Shown here: one piece after another, positions 54,390-64,000 of the stretch
Position numbering within the stretch: position 1 is the stretch's first letter
Layout: each line of letters begins with the position of its first letter
IMG/VR virus record: IMGVR_UViG_3300010373_000004
Span: 19,777 to 83,776 of that record
Reading direction: 5' to 3' (one strand)
Length of the DNA: 64,000 nt
Source of the DNA: a virus
The notes under the pieces: generated by a model
Told to the model about the DNA's origin: nothing
Seen by the model: the letters and a program-made list of their open reading frames with translations, nothing else
Databases searched by the model: none
Position numbers and translations under genes: made by a program

Positions 54390-56255
54390 GTGTATCAGTT
54401 AAAGCAGACAGTCTCAATTTATCCAGTCAAAGACAACACTAGGATAAGAATAGAGGCTAACATTCTGTTCAGAGTTTTCCCTCTTATAAGGAAGCTCCGA
54501 TTTACAGAACACAAAGGTTATTACGAAGGTAACTTTAACATGCGTAATCTTTACGTGGTGTTAAAGAGAAGCCAGCAGTTCAAGGATGAATTCGATGTAT
54601 CTATTCATCCAGTCGTACTTGCTGAGTTCAAGAAGTGGAATGACAAAAGATTACATCTTCTTAAGATAAAGCAAAAACCAACCTCTGATTTATGGGGACA
54701 TAGACTAACTAACAACGATGGGTCTAAAAGTCTTTGGGACTTTCAAACTACAGATGTTGAGTTTATGGTCGAGGCCGAGCAGGTTTATAACGCCAATGAA
54801 ATGGGTACAGGTAAAACTGTAGAATCTGCGGTTACACTGGATATCTGGAGAGAACGGCATCCAGAAGATATGAAGCATGGACTTATTATTTGTCCTAGTA
54901 CATTAGTTACTAGCTGGAGAGATCATATTCTTGACTGGACGAGTTATAAGCCTGATCAAATTCTTCTGGCAAATCAAGCATCCCTTCCAGATCGTTTAGC
55001 ACCACTAGTAATAGGACAGCATGAAGTATTTGACGGGATTGTTATTACTCCCTGGGAAACTCTCCGAAATGATACAGTTCTTAAACTTATTCAAAATTTT
55101 GAATACAGTTTTATTATTGCAGACGAAATTCATCGTGCTAGAAATCTGGCTGCTAAGCAATCGGCTAACTTTATTCGAACTAAAGCTGCGTCGAAACGAA
55201 AAATTGGTCTTAGCGGAACTGGTGTCGTTAACTACGGCGGCGATTTATACGCAATAGTTCATTGGCTGCGTCCAGACCAATACGACAACTTCGATGTATT
55301 CAATGAGGATTTTGTAGAGAATCCTACTAGGACAGTCGTTCGTGTAAAGGAAGGCAAAATGTCTAAGGCAGAAGTTGATGCCTTGGAACAAGAACTTGAT
55401 TATCTCATGGTTCGCCGTGAAAAGAAAGATGTTCTTAAAGACCTTCCTGAGTTAATTCAGACAGTTGTTAATCTGGAACTTTACCCTGAACAACGTAAGC
55501 TTTATAACCAGATGCGCGATAACTGGATTCTATCGCTAACTGGTAATGAAGAAGAAGTTGTTAACGCTAAAGTTGTAATCGCACAACTTATGCGACTGAA
55601 ACAACTAGCTGTGTCTCCAGCTTTGATTCAGATGACACAAGACACTACAACGTTTGGTCATCGTGTTTTTCCTTACAAAGCTATTGAGAAGTTTGACTAT
55701 TCAGTTAAACTAGACTGGTTGATGAACTACCTTGAAAACGAAGTTAATCCTGGTGACAAGGTAATTGTCTTTTCTCAATGGGCAACTACACTTAAGCTTT
55801 TGGAAGCACGCATAAGAGAGTCATCATTCTGGAGAGACAATCATTATGGGTGGGTCACAATAACTAGTGACCAATATTACCAACAATCTAATGGTGCTAT
55901 TAAGACAATAAAAGACACTCACGATATAGAGAGTATCTTCAACAATGAACCTGATGCTTTTCTAGCACTTTCTACCTTAAAGAAAGGTGGCGAAGGATTA
56001 ACGCTCACTGGCGGAAATCATGTTGTAGAAACTGACCAGTGGTGGAATCCCGCTACAATGGATCAAGCAGAAGGTAGAGCACATAGGGGAGGACAGACGA
56101 AAACTGTGTATGCAAACAATCTTGTTGCAGAGAACACAGTAGAACAAAAAATTCTAGGAATGCTTAGTTCGAAAACAAACACATTCAACACAATGATTCG
56201 CTCAAAACAAATGTTACTAAAACTTCTACAAGAAGATAAGGAAAAGAATGGCTAG
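54390..56255 (+). CDS. SNF2-family helicase
   Basis: EMGTGKT, IICP, DEIH, LSGT, RREK, FSQW, GEGLTL, WNP...QAEGRAHR.GQ. Confidence 0.93.
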   Translation: MYQLKQTVSIYPVKDNTRIRIEANILFRVFPLIRKLRFTEHKGYYEGNFNMRNLYVVLKRSQQFKDEFDVSIHPVVLAEFKKWNDKRLHLLKIKQKPTSDLWGHRLTNNDGSKSLWDFQTTDVEFMVEAEQVYNANEMGTGKTVESAVTLDIWRERHPEDMKHGLIICPSTLVTSWRDHILDWTSYKPDQILLANQASLPDRLAPLVIGQHEVFDGIVITPWETLRNDTVLKLIQNFEYSFIIADEIHRARNLAAKQSANFIRTKAASKRKIGLSGTGVVNYGGDLYAIVHWLRPDQYDNFDVFNEDFVENPTRTVVRVKEGKMSKAEVDALEQELDYLMVRREKKDVLKDLPELIQTVVNLELYPEQRKLYNQMRDNWILSLTGNEEEVVNAKVVIAQLMRLKQLAVSPALIQMTQDTTTFGHRVFPYKAIEKFDYSVKLDWLMNYLENEVNPGDKVIVFSQWATTLKLLEARIRESSFWRDNHYGWVTITSDQYYQQSNGAIKTIKDTHDIESIFNNEPDAFLALSTLKKGGEGLTLTGGNHVVETDQWWNPATMDQAEGRAHRGGQTKTVYANNLVAENTVEQKILGMLSSKTNTFNTMIRSKQMLLKLLQEDKEKNG

Positions 56256-56799
56256 TCCAGTAATAACCACCAGCCCATACGGCCGCGATTCTCGCGAAAG
56301 TTTTATAGGTGTAGCTTGTTGGGACGATTCAAAAGAGGTAAACATCTACCTTGATTGCATCTTATACCCTAACGCAATTAGAATCAAGGATGAAATAACC
56401 ATCCTTAACGATCAAGGTAAAACGCTTACGCAAGAGGAACTGTCTGCTAAAGTGAGAGAGTTGGCAGAGGCAGTTATTGATCAGCGAGATAGTAAGCGTT
56501 TTGTTATTAACAGTAAGAAACAACCAAACGCTTTGGTGGACACAGTAGTGCTTCAATTCGGTAGTCCGCCAGAATCAATCTCAGCAAGAACGTCATTTAG
56601 TACAATGTCAACAGTAGGGATGCGTTTGCAGGCCCTTTTGTTCTCGGCACTTTACGGTCTTGATAGTTCGCCGCTTAAGAACTATCCACACTTTTTGAGC
56701 TGTATTAGAGAGTTACAACTTCAAAAGACAATCAGGTATCCAGTTAAGTTCCTTGTAGACTTTGAAGATGAACGTCTTGTGTCTGGTTGGACAGAATAA
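56248..56799 (+). CDS. Hypothetical protein
   Basis: 183 aa coupled ORF. Confidence 0.6.
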   Translation: MASPVITTSPYGRDSRESFIGVACWDDSKEVNIYLDCILYPNAIRIKDEITILNDQGKTLTQEELSAKVRELAEAVIDQRDSKRFVINSKKQPNALVDTVVLQFGSPPESISARTSFSTMSTVGMRLQALLFSALYGLDSSPLKNYPHFLSCIRELQLQKTIRYPVKFLVDFEDERLVSGWTE

Positions 56800-57612
56800 A
56801 TGGAGAAAGAGACAGAGAAGATGCACAAGGGAGATACTGTAAATGTTTTGGATCATGGTTACATTCGCCTGCTTGATTACCTTGGCGATGATCAGTTTCT
56901 TGCAGATACAGCCCGCGTTAGTACACAGAGCCAAGGCAAATCCTTGGGTTTGGTTACTCGTCTTGTCGCTGATAGGCACACTAGCCCTCTGGAGTTTGGT
57001 ATTGTCCAGTTTGAAATCAAAGCCCCTTTGTTTGTATTTAGGGAATGGCACCGTCACCGAACTCAATCATATTCAGAACAATCAGCCCGCTTTGGCGAAT
57101 TGCCAATGGATTTTTATACTCCCTCGCTAGAGAGGATGAATCCACAACACGAAACAAATAAGCAAATGTCTGATGAACGACAAATGCTACTTGACGCCTC
57201 TACAGCTAGAAATTGCTGGACTAGAGTATTAGATGATTGTAAGGAACTTGTCTCTAATTATAGAGGCATGTTTCCTCTAACAAGAGAACTATCTCAAAGA
57301 CTATACCCACAAAATAGGTACACTGTTTGTCGTGCCAGTGCTAATCTTTGGAACTGGATGGCTTTCTTAAAGCTAAGGTGTGCTCCAGATGCTCAATACG
57401 AAATCCGACGTTATGCTTGGGTTATCGAGCAAATCCTTAAAGAACTTTTCCCTGTAGCTATGGAAGCTTGGGAAGAACATATTTTCTACGCAACTACCTT
57501 TAGTCGTAGAGAAACAGCTTATTTACGAGAACTGGTTGGTTCTCCAGCAGCAATAGATGAAGAAGATAAAAAGGTATGGCAGTCGATACAAACGAAATTA
57601 AATCTGTCATAG
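56800..57612 (+). CDS. thyX: FAD-dependent thymidylate synthase
   Basis: ARVS, HTSPLE, REWHRHR..SYSEQSARF, FLKLR....AQYEIR. Confidence 0.95.
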   Translation: MEKETEKMHKGDTVNVLDHGYIRLLDYLGDDQFLADTARVSTQSQGKSLGLVTRLVADRHTSPLEFGIVQFEIKAPLFVFREWHRHRTQSYSEQSARFGELPMDFYTPSLERMNPQHETNKQMSDERQMLLDASTARNCWTRVLDDCKELVSNYRGMFPLTRELSQRLYPQNRYTVCRASANLWNWMAFLKLRCAPDAQYEIRRYAWVIEQILKELFPVAMEAWEEHIFYATTFSRRETAYLRELVGSPAAIDEEDKKVWQSIQTKLNLS

Positions 57613-57926
57613 AACAAGATACAGAAGAACGAGATAAGATTTACAAGTACATTCGTGGTGCAATCGTAAATACTATTCAAGCGCATGGACCTATTACGAA
57701 TCTTCTTATCGACTCTGCTACCAAGAGGATTGTCGGGGAACTTATTAGCACAGGTTACTTACGCAATTGGGGCAGGTTACGGAAGTCGTACACCGACGAA
57801 ATTTGTGATAACTGTGGGTCGATCATTCCAGCAGGTCGCCTTTATCGTAGAACCCAATCGTTTAAATGTTGTTTTGTATGTTTAGATAAAGCTACAGAAC
57901 AAGAGAAAGAAGGTGATAGCTCGTAA
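57576..57926 (+). CDS. Hypothetical zinc-finger protein
   Basis: HGPIT...SATKRI; CDNC...CFVC. Confidence 0.6.
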   Translation: MAVDTNEIKSVIEQDTEERDKIYKYIRGAIVNTIQAHGPITNLLIDSATKRIVGELISTGYLRNWGRLRKSYTDEICDNCGSIIPAGRLYRRTQSFKCCFVCLDKATEQEKEGDSS

Positions 57927-57960
57927 ACAGGGATGACACATACCGTCCTAATGTACAGCG

Positions 57961-58013
57961 AAGCCCCGCTAGCGCATCTATTTAATAGATGTTTTTAAAA
58001 GCTAGCGGGGCTT
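57961..58013. terminator. Bidirectional terminator between convergent blocks
   Basis: aagccccgctagc/gctagcggggctt 13-bp stem with inner catctatt/aatagatg hairpin. Confidence 0.75.
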
Positions 58014-58076
58014 TGTATTACTGGTGCCGGTTCGGCATCTACAGTAATCACCTTCTTTCTAAATAAGTTGAATAAG

Positions 58077-59609
58077 TTAATATCTAACCAACCATCCGAA
58101 TCCTACAGAATAAGGATTCATTATATTGTACGGTGAACCACCACCCGAAGAATTTATGATCGTACCAGAGTTGTTCACAGCTAGTCCTGTACTTGCACTC
58201 TGGTTTGTAGCTGTAGTATTAGTTATATTTGCATTGCCACTATTAACAGTTATATTTGAAGTTTGTTCATCTGTAAATGGTTCTTGGTAAAATATACCAG
58301 GGCCTGTGTATCCGAACTGTGAACCTGTTTGAGCAGCAATAAATGCATTACCTTCTGTTTGAGGACCGTGCTTATGTTTACCGTCTGTTACACCATGAGG
58401 GTGTCCCGTATCGTTGTGTCCATGAGCATTTTGTAGATGATTATGTGGTGATTCAGTTGTACCATGACTATGTACACCAGTACCGTGATCATGTGTAACC
58501 ATTTCACCGATAGTATTTGAGTGCGTAGCAGAACCACCTTTGCTACCAGTAGAAGCTGGAGAAGGAAGTCTATTAGCTGCCCCCTGACCAAAATTATCTG
58601 GTCCAGTTGGACCACCAACACCACGCAAGTCTATCACACCAAATGTAGTGATTCCGTCACCACCATAGCTAGTTCCCCACAAACCAAATAAACGAGCATA
58701 TGTAGTTGTAGAAATATTGGTTCTACCGTCGCACCACATTGTTCCAGGAAGTAAACTACCGTTTGGAGACTGGAACGGAACACCTACAGGATAGTCTATC
58801 TGTTCACCATAAATAGGGTCCATTACATAGCGATTACCATCTGATTTGTAATAAACTCGGTAATGAGAAGCAGCCCCTTCTGTTGGCGTAGATATTGCTG
58901 GATAGTCTATGTATCCACCAACAGATACATTACCGTTGATAGAGATAGAACCAGACTGTGGAGAGCCTGGGTTTAACTGAACAGCATTATTGTTAGCAAT
59001 AAGATTAGCTAATGCTACAAGATTTTGAAACTGAGTAACTCTAGTTGTACTAATAGTAGCTTGTGTAGCAACAGTATCGTTGTAATGAACTGTTATATCG
59101 GCAAGTAGTACGTAACTATTATCACTTAAAATAGCTGGTACAGAGCCAGGATTACCAGGCGTGCCAGGGTTTACAAAGATACTGGTTGTATCTGTGATTA
59201 TATCTGCGCCGTTAGTATTTTGACTTTGTGTTTGAGAATACTGCAAGTATATTGAGTCAGTTCTAGTTTGTCCAGATGACATACCTGTACCATTAACAAC
59301 ACCGTTTCCAGTATTAAATGACGACGGTTGTCCCGGCCCAGCAGCGGTTACTAGCTGTACTACTTTTAAACCACCAAGCGCTCGGGCTCTACCTGTCGCA
59401 ATGTTAAACTGCATATCAGAACCCGCAGTTACAGTAAGACCGTTAAGGATACCATTTATAAATCCAAATAAGTCGCCGTGTGAGAAATTAGCTTCGGAAA
59501 TCCAGTTCCAAAGCATATTCATCATATCGCTAGGCTGGACTAAATAACCTGGCTGATCCCAATGAAATTCTTGGAGAGCCTGTTGAACAGGTGTAATAAT
59601 TGTTGACAT
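58077..59609 (-). CDS. Tail fibre with tail-collar domain and His-rich tip
   Basis: CDGR...YARLF..WGT.YGGDG.TTF...DLRG collar; repeated HxH motifs. Confidence 0.88.
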   Translation of the reverse strand: MSTIITPVQQALQEFHWDQPGYLVQPSDMMNMLWNWISEANFSHGDLFGFINGILNGLTVTAGSDMQFNIATGRARALGGLKVVQLVTAAGPGQPSSFNTGNGVVNGTGMSSGQTRTDSIYLQYSQTQSQNTNGADIITDTTSIFVNPGTPGNPGSVPAILSDNSYVLLADITVHYNDTVATQATISTTRVTQFQNLVALANLIANNNAVQLNPGSPQSGSISINGNVSVGGYIDYPAISTPTEGAASHYRVYYKSDGNRYVMDPIYGEQIDYPVGVPFQSPNGSLLPGTMWCDGRTNISTTTYARLFGLWGTSYGGDGITTFGVIDLRGVGGPTGPDNFGQGAANRLPSPASTGSKGGSATHSNTIGEMVTHDHGTGVHSHGTTESPHNHLQNAHGHNDTGHPHGVTDGKHKHGPQTEGNAFIAAQTGSQFGYTGPGIFYQEPFTDEQTSNITVNSGNANITNTTATNQSASTGLAVNNSGTIINSSGGGSPYNIMNPYSVGFGWLVRY

Positions 59610-59612
59610 ATG

Positions 59613-61253
59613 TTACTCAAAAATTAAAATAGGAATAGCGCCGACTGGATTTATGAAGTAGATAAACTTTAGTAGATCATCAGGAACTACACCAGGGTCA
59701 GCACCCGGAATGTGAATTTCATACGACCAAGCTTTAGTGTTAACACCACCTAAGTAAGTGTTAATACCAATCTCTCCACTACCTAAAGCCCATTGCTGTG
59801 TTACACTTTGTAGAGGCTTTACATAGACGTTTTGTGAAGCTCCATTTACTAAACAATATGCTTGTAATGCTGATTGAATAAAGTTTAGATTAGCTCCACT
59901 ATACGCACCTTGTTTTATCAACATAAGTCTTTGCTGGTAGTCAGTAAAGTTCTCATGAACATGCATAGGAACTCCAAGTATGAATCCCCACTGTAATAAC
60001 TGTTCTTGTTCAGACGAACTGATAGCCTTACCCTTTATATACTTATGATACTTCTGATACCACTTATAAGACAAAGCTGCCCACGCTGACATGACTGCTT
60101 GTACGGTTGGACCGCCTACAATTGGTCCAAGTAGTGTCAAGAAGCTATCGCTAGCTGGACGCCAGAAAAAGAATTCTGGTGAACGTACATAATCTGTATA
60201 GCCTGTCAGACTCATTATAGCTTGGGCGTACTGGCCTGTTAACATGCCGCAACTAGCAACATTAGTTCTAAATGCTTGTTGGTTGTTCTGGTTAGGATAA
60301 TCAATGAACGTAACTGTCTGTGGTACGTATATCTGCCAGGTTTGATCAGGTGTTGCTGTAGAACCAACTTTTACTTGTGATAGATAAGCTGATGTTGAAT
60401 TAATAGGCGCTTCCCACTTAGCTTCTGTCCACTGTGTAAATGGATTACCAGAATCCATAATAGGAGATACCCATTGACCAAGTGTTGTTAAATTAGGGTA
60501 TATTGTGTACGAGTTTAATAACACACCTACAGCATTTGTTTTAACTACGGCAGAATCACCTACAGAAAGACCAGCTGAATTTACCGAAACATTAAATCCT
60601 GGTATCGCGTTATTCTGTGAAACATTTATATTGTACGTATTAGTTCCACCAGTAGATGTACGTGTTATATTGTATGTTGTTGAACTTAACGCTGTGAACG
60701 TCCAAGTATCTGTGATTATAGTTGTATTGTTTAACTGGAGAGCTATTGACCCGCCAACAGATGTACCAGATGTATTTGTTGGACCCGTAAAATATGGAGC
60801 CGCTTTACTACTAAAACCAGTATTATACAAACTTATTGTATTAGGTCTAGTTCCATTAAGAGGTATTTCATAAATAGTTTGTGTACCTAATGGACCATAC
60901 GTAGAAAAGTTCTCTAGATTTTGTCCATTAGCATATACCTTTACAAATGCTCCAGTCGGCTGATTATCTGCGACAATATCAATTCGATATGCTAAAACAT
61001 TAGACAAGGTTACACTAGCGCCAGACACAGTTGTACTAAGGTCTATTCCTTGGGTAGTCCAAGAATTAGGAGGTAACTGTGTTGGTGACGGAATTGCAGA
61101 TTCAAAATACTGACTTGTAGAGGTAGTAGTTACTACATCTGGAACAACGGCTGGTAGATTGTACAGTGTTATATTTTTTGTATAATCTACGTGGCTGTTT
61201 ATGTACAAGCCAGTATCTAAATCTTCTTCACCAATGAAGTGAAAACTTTGCAT
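59613..61253 (-). CDS. Baseplate wedge protein (gpI-like C-terminus with large beta-rich N-terminus)
   Basis: L.QWG.ILG......E...YQQRL; position after baseplate J. Confidence 0.65.
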   Translation of the reverse strand: MQSFHFIGEEDLDTGLYINSHVDYTKNITLYNLPAVVPDVVTTTSTSQYFESAIPSPTQLPPNSWTTQGIDLSTTVSGASVTLSNVLAYRIDIVADNQPTGAFVKVYANGQNLENFSTYGPLGTQTIYEIPLNGTRPNTISLYNTGFSSKAAPYFTGPTNTSGTSVGGSIALQLNNTTIITDTWTFTALSSTTYNITRTSTGGTNTYNINVSQNNAIPGFNVSVNSAGLSVGDSAVVKTNAVGVLLNSYTIYPNLTTLGQWVSPIMDSGNPFTQWTEAKWEAPINSTSAYLSQVKVGSTATPDQTWQIYVPQTVTFIDYPNQNNQQAFRTNVASCGMLTGQYAQAIMSLTGYTDYVRSPEFFFWRPASDSFLTLLGPIVGGPTVQAVMSAWAALSYKWYQKYHKYIKGKAISSSEQEQLLQWGFILGVPMHVHENFTDYQQRLMLIKQGAYSGANLNFIQSALQAYCLVNGASQNVYVKPLQSVTQQWALGSGEIGINTYLGGVNTKAWSYEIHIPGADPGVVPDDLLKFIYFINPVGAIPILIFE

Positions 61254-62360
61254 TTAGTTTGGTTCTGAAATTAATGTTGGAGTTAATGTTCCAAGTTTTA
61301 CAACTTCCCAAGGCTTTGGAACATACGGTGTAGCAATACTACAAGAGGTAATGGTGAAATCTAATAAGCCAGCTACATAGTAGTACGTTGAGTTTGTGCC
61401 TATAATGAAACTCTGTAAATCAAAGACTCGAAAAGTTTTGCCGATAATAAGCTGGGAGAAGTATTGTGTTATAGCGGCTTCTAGATTTTGTAGTACAGTT
61501 GCTGATGAATATTGTGACTGGACGGCATAATTAAAACTTATATTAGCATAGGTTACAGTTGGAGCTATAACTGTAACGGTACTACCGATACTAGTTGCTC
61601 CGCTTGCCGCAGATAAAACAGCACTTTGATTTGCTGGAGTCAAAGTTCCAGTATCGTCGGAGGCATATACATAAACATTACCAAGGTGGTCTTGTTGGTC
61701 AAACACTGCGGCTGTAGCAATATTTGGAACATTTAATACGGCGCTTGTTATAGCGGTCACAGTATTTTGTGGTACTGTTGAGAGAAGTATTCGTTGTCTA
61801 AAAGCCGCATCTGTTTCTCTATCAGCACCACCAGACAAAGCAGTACCATTAGAAACACTAGTAACACCTTCAATAGGCACAGCAATGTTGGATACCATAC
61901 CAACACCTACGTTACCTACTGATCCAGTGAAATCGCACATTACATTTACAACAGCCTGTGCTTGACCAGCCTGGAAGGAGAATGGTTGAGTGCTGGTAAA
62001 TGTAACAACTTTTGTGAAATCTGGATTCACTGTAGAAAACTTCTGTCCAGCTTGACCAGTTAAAGCAGCCGTCGTATTTTGTCGAGTTAGTGTTACTTGT
62101 CCAGTTGCTTGTGTTGCTGCAAATCTTTGCAGCTTATAGTCTAGTCCTAATGCATCTAAAGCTGTTCCAGACGCACTGGTTATGTATGTATCACTAATAG
62201 ATGTGTTTAATGAACTTTGCAACTGATAGTTTATATTAGCAAATATAGACAGCATTGAAGATAAAATAGTACCGGGAGATACGTTTATCTGAGGAAAGGC
62301 TGCCTTTAGATATTGGACTTGATCGTTTATAAAGTCCTGTAGTGTCTTTGTAAGTGCCAT
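61254..62360 (-). CDS. Baseplate J-like protein
   Basis: TSASG.ALD.LG....R..AT.ATG; G.VGNV; GGADRETD..FRQRI. Confidence 0.92.
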   Translation of the reverse strand: MALTKTLQDFINDQVQYLKAAFPQINVSPGTILSSMLSIFANINYQLQSSLNTSISDTYITSASGTALDALGLDYKLQRFAATQATGQVTLTRQNTTAALTGQAGQKFSTVNPDFTKVVTFTSTQPFSFQAGQAQAVVNVMCDFTGSVGNVGVGMVSNIAVPIEGVTSVSNGTALSGGADRETDAAFRQRILLSTVPQNTVTAITSAVLNVPNIATAAVFDQQDHLGNVYVYASDDTGTLTPANQSAVLSAASGATSIGSTVTVIAPTVTYANISFNYAVQSQYSSATVLQNLEAAITQYFSQLIIGKTFRVFDLQSFIIGTNSTYYYVAGLLDFTITSCSIATPYVPKPWEVVKLGTLTPTLISEPN

Positions 62361-62848
62361 TATGTTAGCGGAACCCGAACTACGAACATATTATCTTGTT
62401 CTGTAGTTAATGTAATTGTTACGGCTATATTGTTAGACGTATCTGTTTCTGGAGCTACATTGACATTCACTATGGAGTTTATTAGCTCAGATGCTTCTAA
62501 CGGACGTTTTGTTTTCTCTGCGTTCTTATATGTCTGTAAAGCTACAAGTGCTTGACCTATGGCTTGCTCAATTTGTCCTTGGAAAGATTCAGCAGTCGCA
62601 AGTAAGGAGATAACAGGATTACCCCAATTTGGGTCCATTAAAGATGTACCTCTTGGACTAAGAAGAAACAACTTAATATCCTGTTCCAGTTTGGCATTTC
62701 CAGTGAGGGCTTGTAAGTTACCTACAGGATCAAGTTGAAAATCTCCATTAACCGTAAGACCTAAGTCTATAGAAATGTATGGAACTATACCAGGATTATA
62801 AGCACCAAGACTGTAAGACTGTCCTGAAACGGCAATAAACTGTGGCAT
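62360..62848 (-). CDS. Baseplate gp25/gpW-like protein
   Basis: GD.....GNL...G...LEQ.I...L.SP.G....P.WG. Confidence 0.8.
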   Translation of the reverse strand: MPQFIAVSGQSYSLGAYNPGIVPYISIDLGLTVNGDFQLDPVGNLQALTGNAKLEQDIKLFLLSPRGTSLMDPNWGNPVISLLATAESFQGQIEQAIGQALVALQTYKNAEKTKRPLEASELINSIVNVNVAPETDTSNNIAVTITLTTEQDNMFVVRVPLT

Positions 62849-63315
62849 TATGCACTCAATGTATTTATGGTACTAGCAACTATGTGGCCGTTTACAACAG
62901 CATCACCATGACGCGCCACAGGAGCAACGTTAGTCTGTCCACCAAGTATTATAGGCTTTCCTGGCGCAGGAAGCAAATAAATAGTTCCATCCGCTAACAT
63001 ATCAATTTTGGCTCCAGACTCATTGTATATAATTACTTCACCTTGATTTGGTGGTGCGTAATTAAATTCTGGATCAGTAGGAAATTCTCTATTAGCAACT
63101 GGAACAAATACTCCAATTATATAGTAGTGGAATCCATCAGTATCAGCCACAAATACCATGTCTCCAGCATCTAACTGGAAAATCATTCCGTGGCGACCTG
63201 TTCCATAACAAACTGGAACAATGTGTGGAGATACTGTTCCAGTTGTATGGAAAAGTTTTACCTGCGCTAAATTGTTTACGTAGTCAACATCAGTGACTAA
63301 ACCCATCTGAATCAT
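62848..63315 (-). CDS. Baseplate spike (gpV-like)
   Basis: G.VTDVD OB fold, GD.V.V, PVARHGD PAAR-like C-terminus. Confidence 0.78.
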   Translation of the reverse strand: MIQMGLVTDVDYVNNLAQVKLFHTTGTVSPHIVPVCYGTGRHGMIFQLDAGDMVFVADTDGFHYYIIGVFVPVANREFPTDPEFNYAPPNQGEVIIYNESGAKIDMLADGTIYLLPAPGKPIILGGQTNVAPVARHGDAVVNGHIVASTINTLSA

Positions 63316-63316
63316 T

Positions 63317-64000
63317 TTAACCGTATGAAGGAAAACTACGTTTTAATAGATTATTGTAGTATATTGATTGCATTGCGTTTATCTCTTGAACTGCATTATC
63401 ATGGTTCCATATATTTAACAGAGCCTGGGCTTGATTTGTCCAGTCAGCGTCAGGATTATCTTTTAAGAACTTTCTGTATGGAGCATATAACGGCTGGTTT
63501 ATTTGGTTTACAAATATTTGAGCGGCATCTTGAATACTTGCTGGCTGTCTACCATTTGGAAGCAGTGATTGTGGAATACCGTTTAGTGACGTAGAAGTAT
63601 TACCAAGATTAAAAATATTCCAAGGCTGTATCTGATGTTGTAACCAACTTGTTTCGTTAGCAACCAATGCTTGGTACATAAGTGAACTGCCACCAAGTTG
63701 TGCCGCAGCATAATCCCCAAACAAGGGAATATCCTGCTTATAGTTTGTATCTTTCCAAGTACCATCAGAATTTTGGACTAAACCTAGTTGTACCGTAGGA
63801 GTATTCGACCCTGTTACCGTATAGTCCGGTAGCTGATAGTTTGGATCATTTATTGTTATAACTTTAAATGGGTCCGCAGTATTCACTATTTGTGTTGTAG
63901 GATATTGATCGTTTACTCCACCAGGCAGTTGCACTTGGAAATGTAAATGTATATTTCCTTTTGGATATACATTGCCTAATGACCCTTCTATACCAACAGA
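63317..64000 (-). CDS. C-terminal part of a baseplate hub protein with an M23-peptidase-like motif (partial)
   Basis: Frame stays open to the window end: VGIEGSLGN...IHLHFQV; the ORF-track start at 63934 is internal. Confidence 0.65.
   Translation of the reverse strand, partial: SVGIEGSLGNVYPKGNIHLHFQVQLPGGVNDQYPTTQIVNTADPFKVITINDPNYQLPDYTVTGSNTPTVQLGLVQNSDGTWKDTNYKQDIPLFGDYAAAQLGGSSLMYQALVANETSWLQHQIQPWNIFNLGNTSTSLNGIPQSLLPNGRQPASIQDAAQIFVNQINQPLYAPYRKFLKDNPDADWTNQAQALLNIWNHDNAVQEINAMQSIYYNNLLKRSFPSYG

Noticed and set aside
44924-56255. Introns or inteins in RNR, primase, PolA or helicase
   Set aside because: ORFs are continuous, of normal length, and lack intein terminal motifs

Overview
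This window is part of a large, apparently lytic myovirus (contractile-tailed dsDNA phage) genome of roughly 38-40% GC by eye. No integrase, capsid, sheath or tape-measure gene lies in the window. It has three blocks. (1) Minus strand, 1-15139: small and large terminase, portal, a glycosyltransferase/methyltransferase cassette and fibre-like virion genes. (2) Plus strand, 15633-57926: early genes, 27 tRNAs for 19 amino acids (no Tyr found), RNA repair (Pnk plus RNA ligase), nucleotide metabolism (class II RNR, ThyX, MazG-like, DUF5664-like) and replication (primase, PolA, SNF2 helicase, SSB, Sak4-like, ligase, RNase H, resolvase). (3) Minus strand, 58077-64000: baseplate and tail fibre genes. 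The most notable signals are in non-coding RNA. A type II hammerhead ribozyme (17337-17408) and a type-P5 twister ribozyme (21445-21524) bracket a 4.1-kb early cassette. That cassette ends in a nucleotidyltransferase fused to a ribosomal L7/L12 C-terminal domain, and the phage also encodes the enzymes that heal and ligate ribozyme-type RNA ends. The tRNA spacers contain many unrelated H-type pseudoknots, one resembling type III antitoxin RNA. Several tRNAs carry non-canonical anticodon loops. A ~390-nt palindromic non-coding element lies at 24.0-24.4 kb. All calls are by-eye motif recognition and no database search was run.
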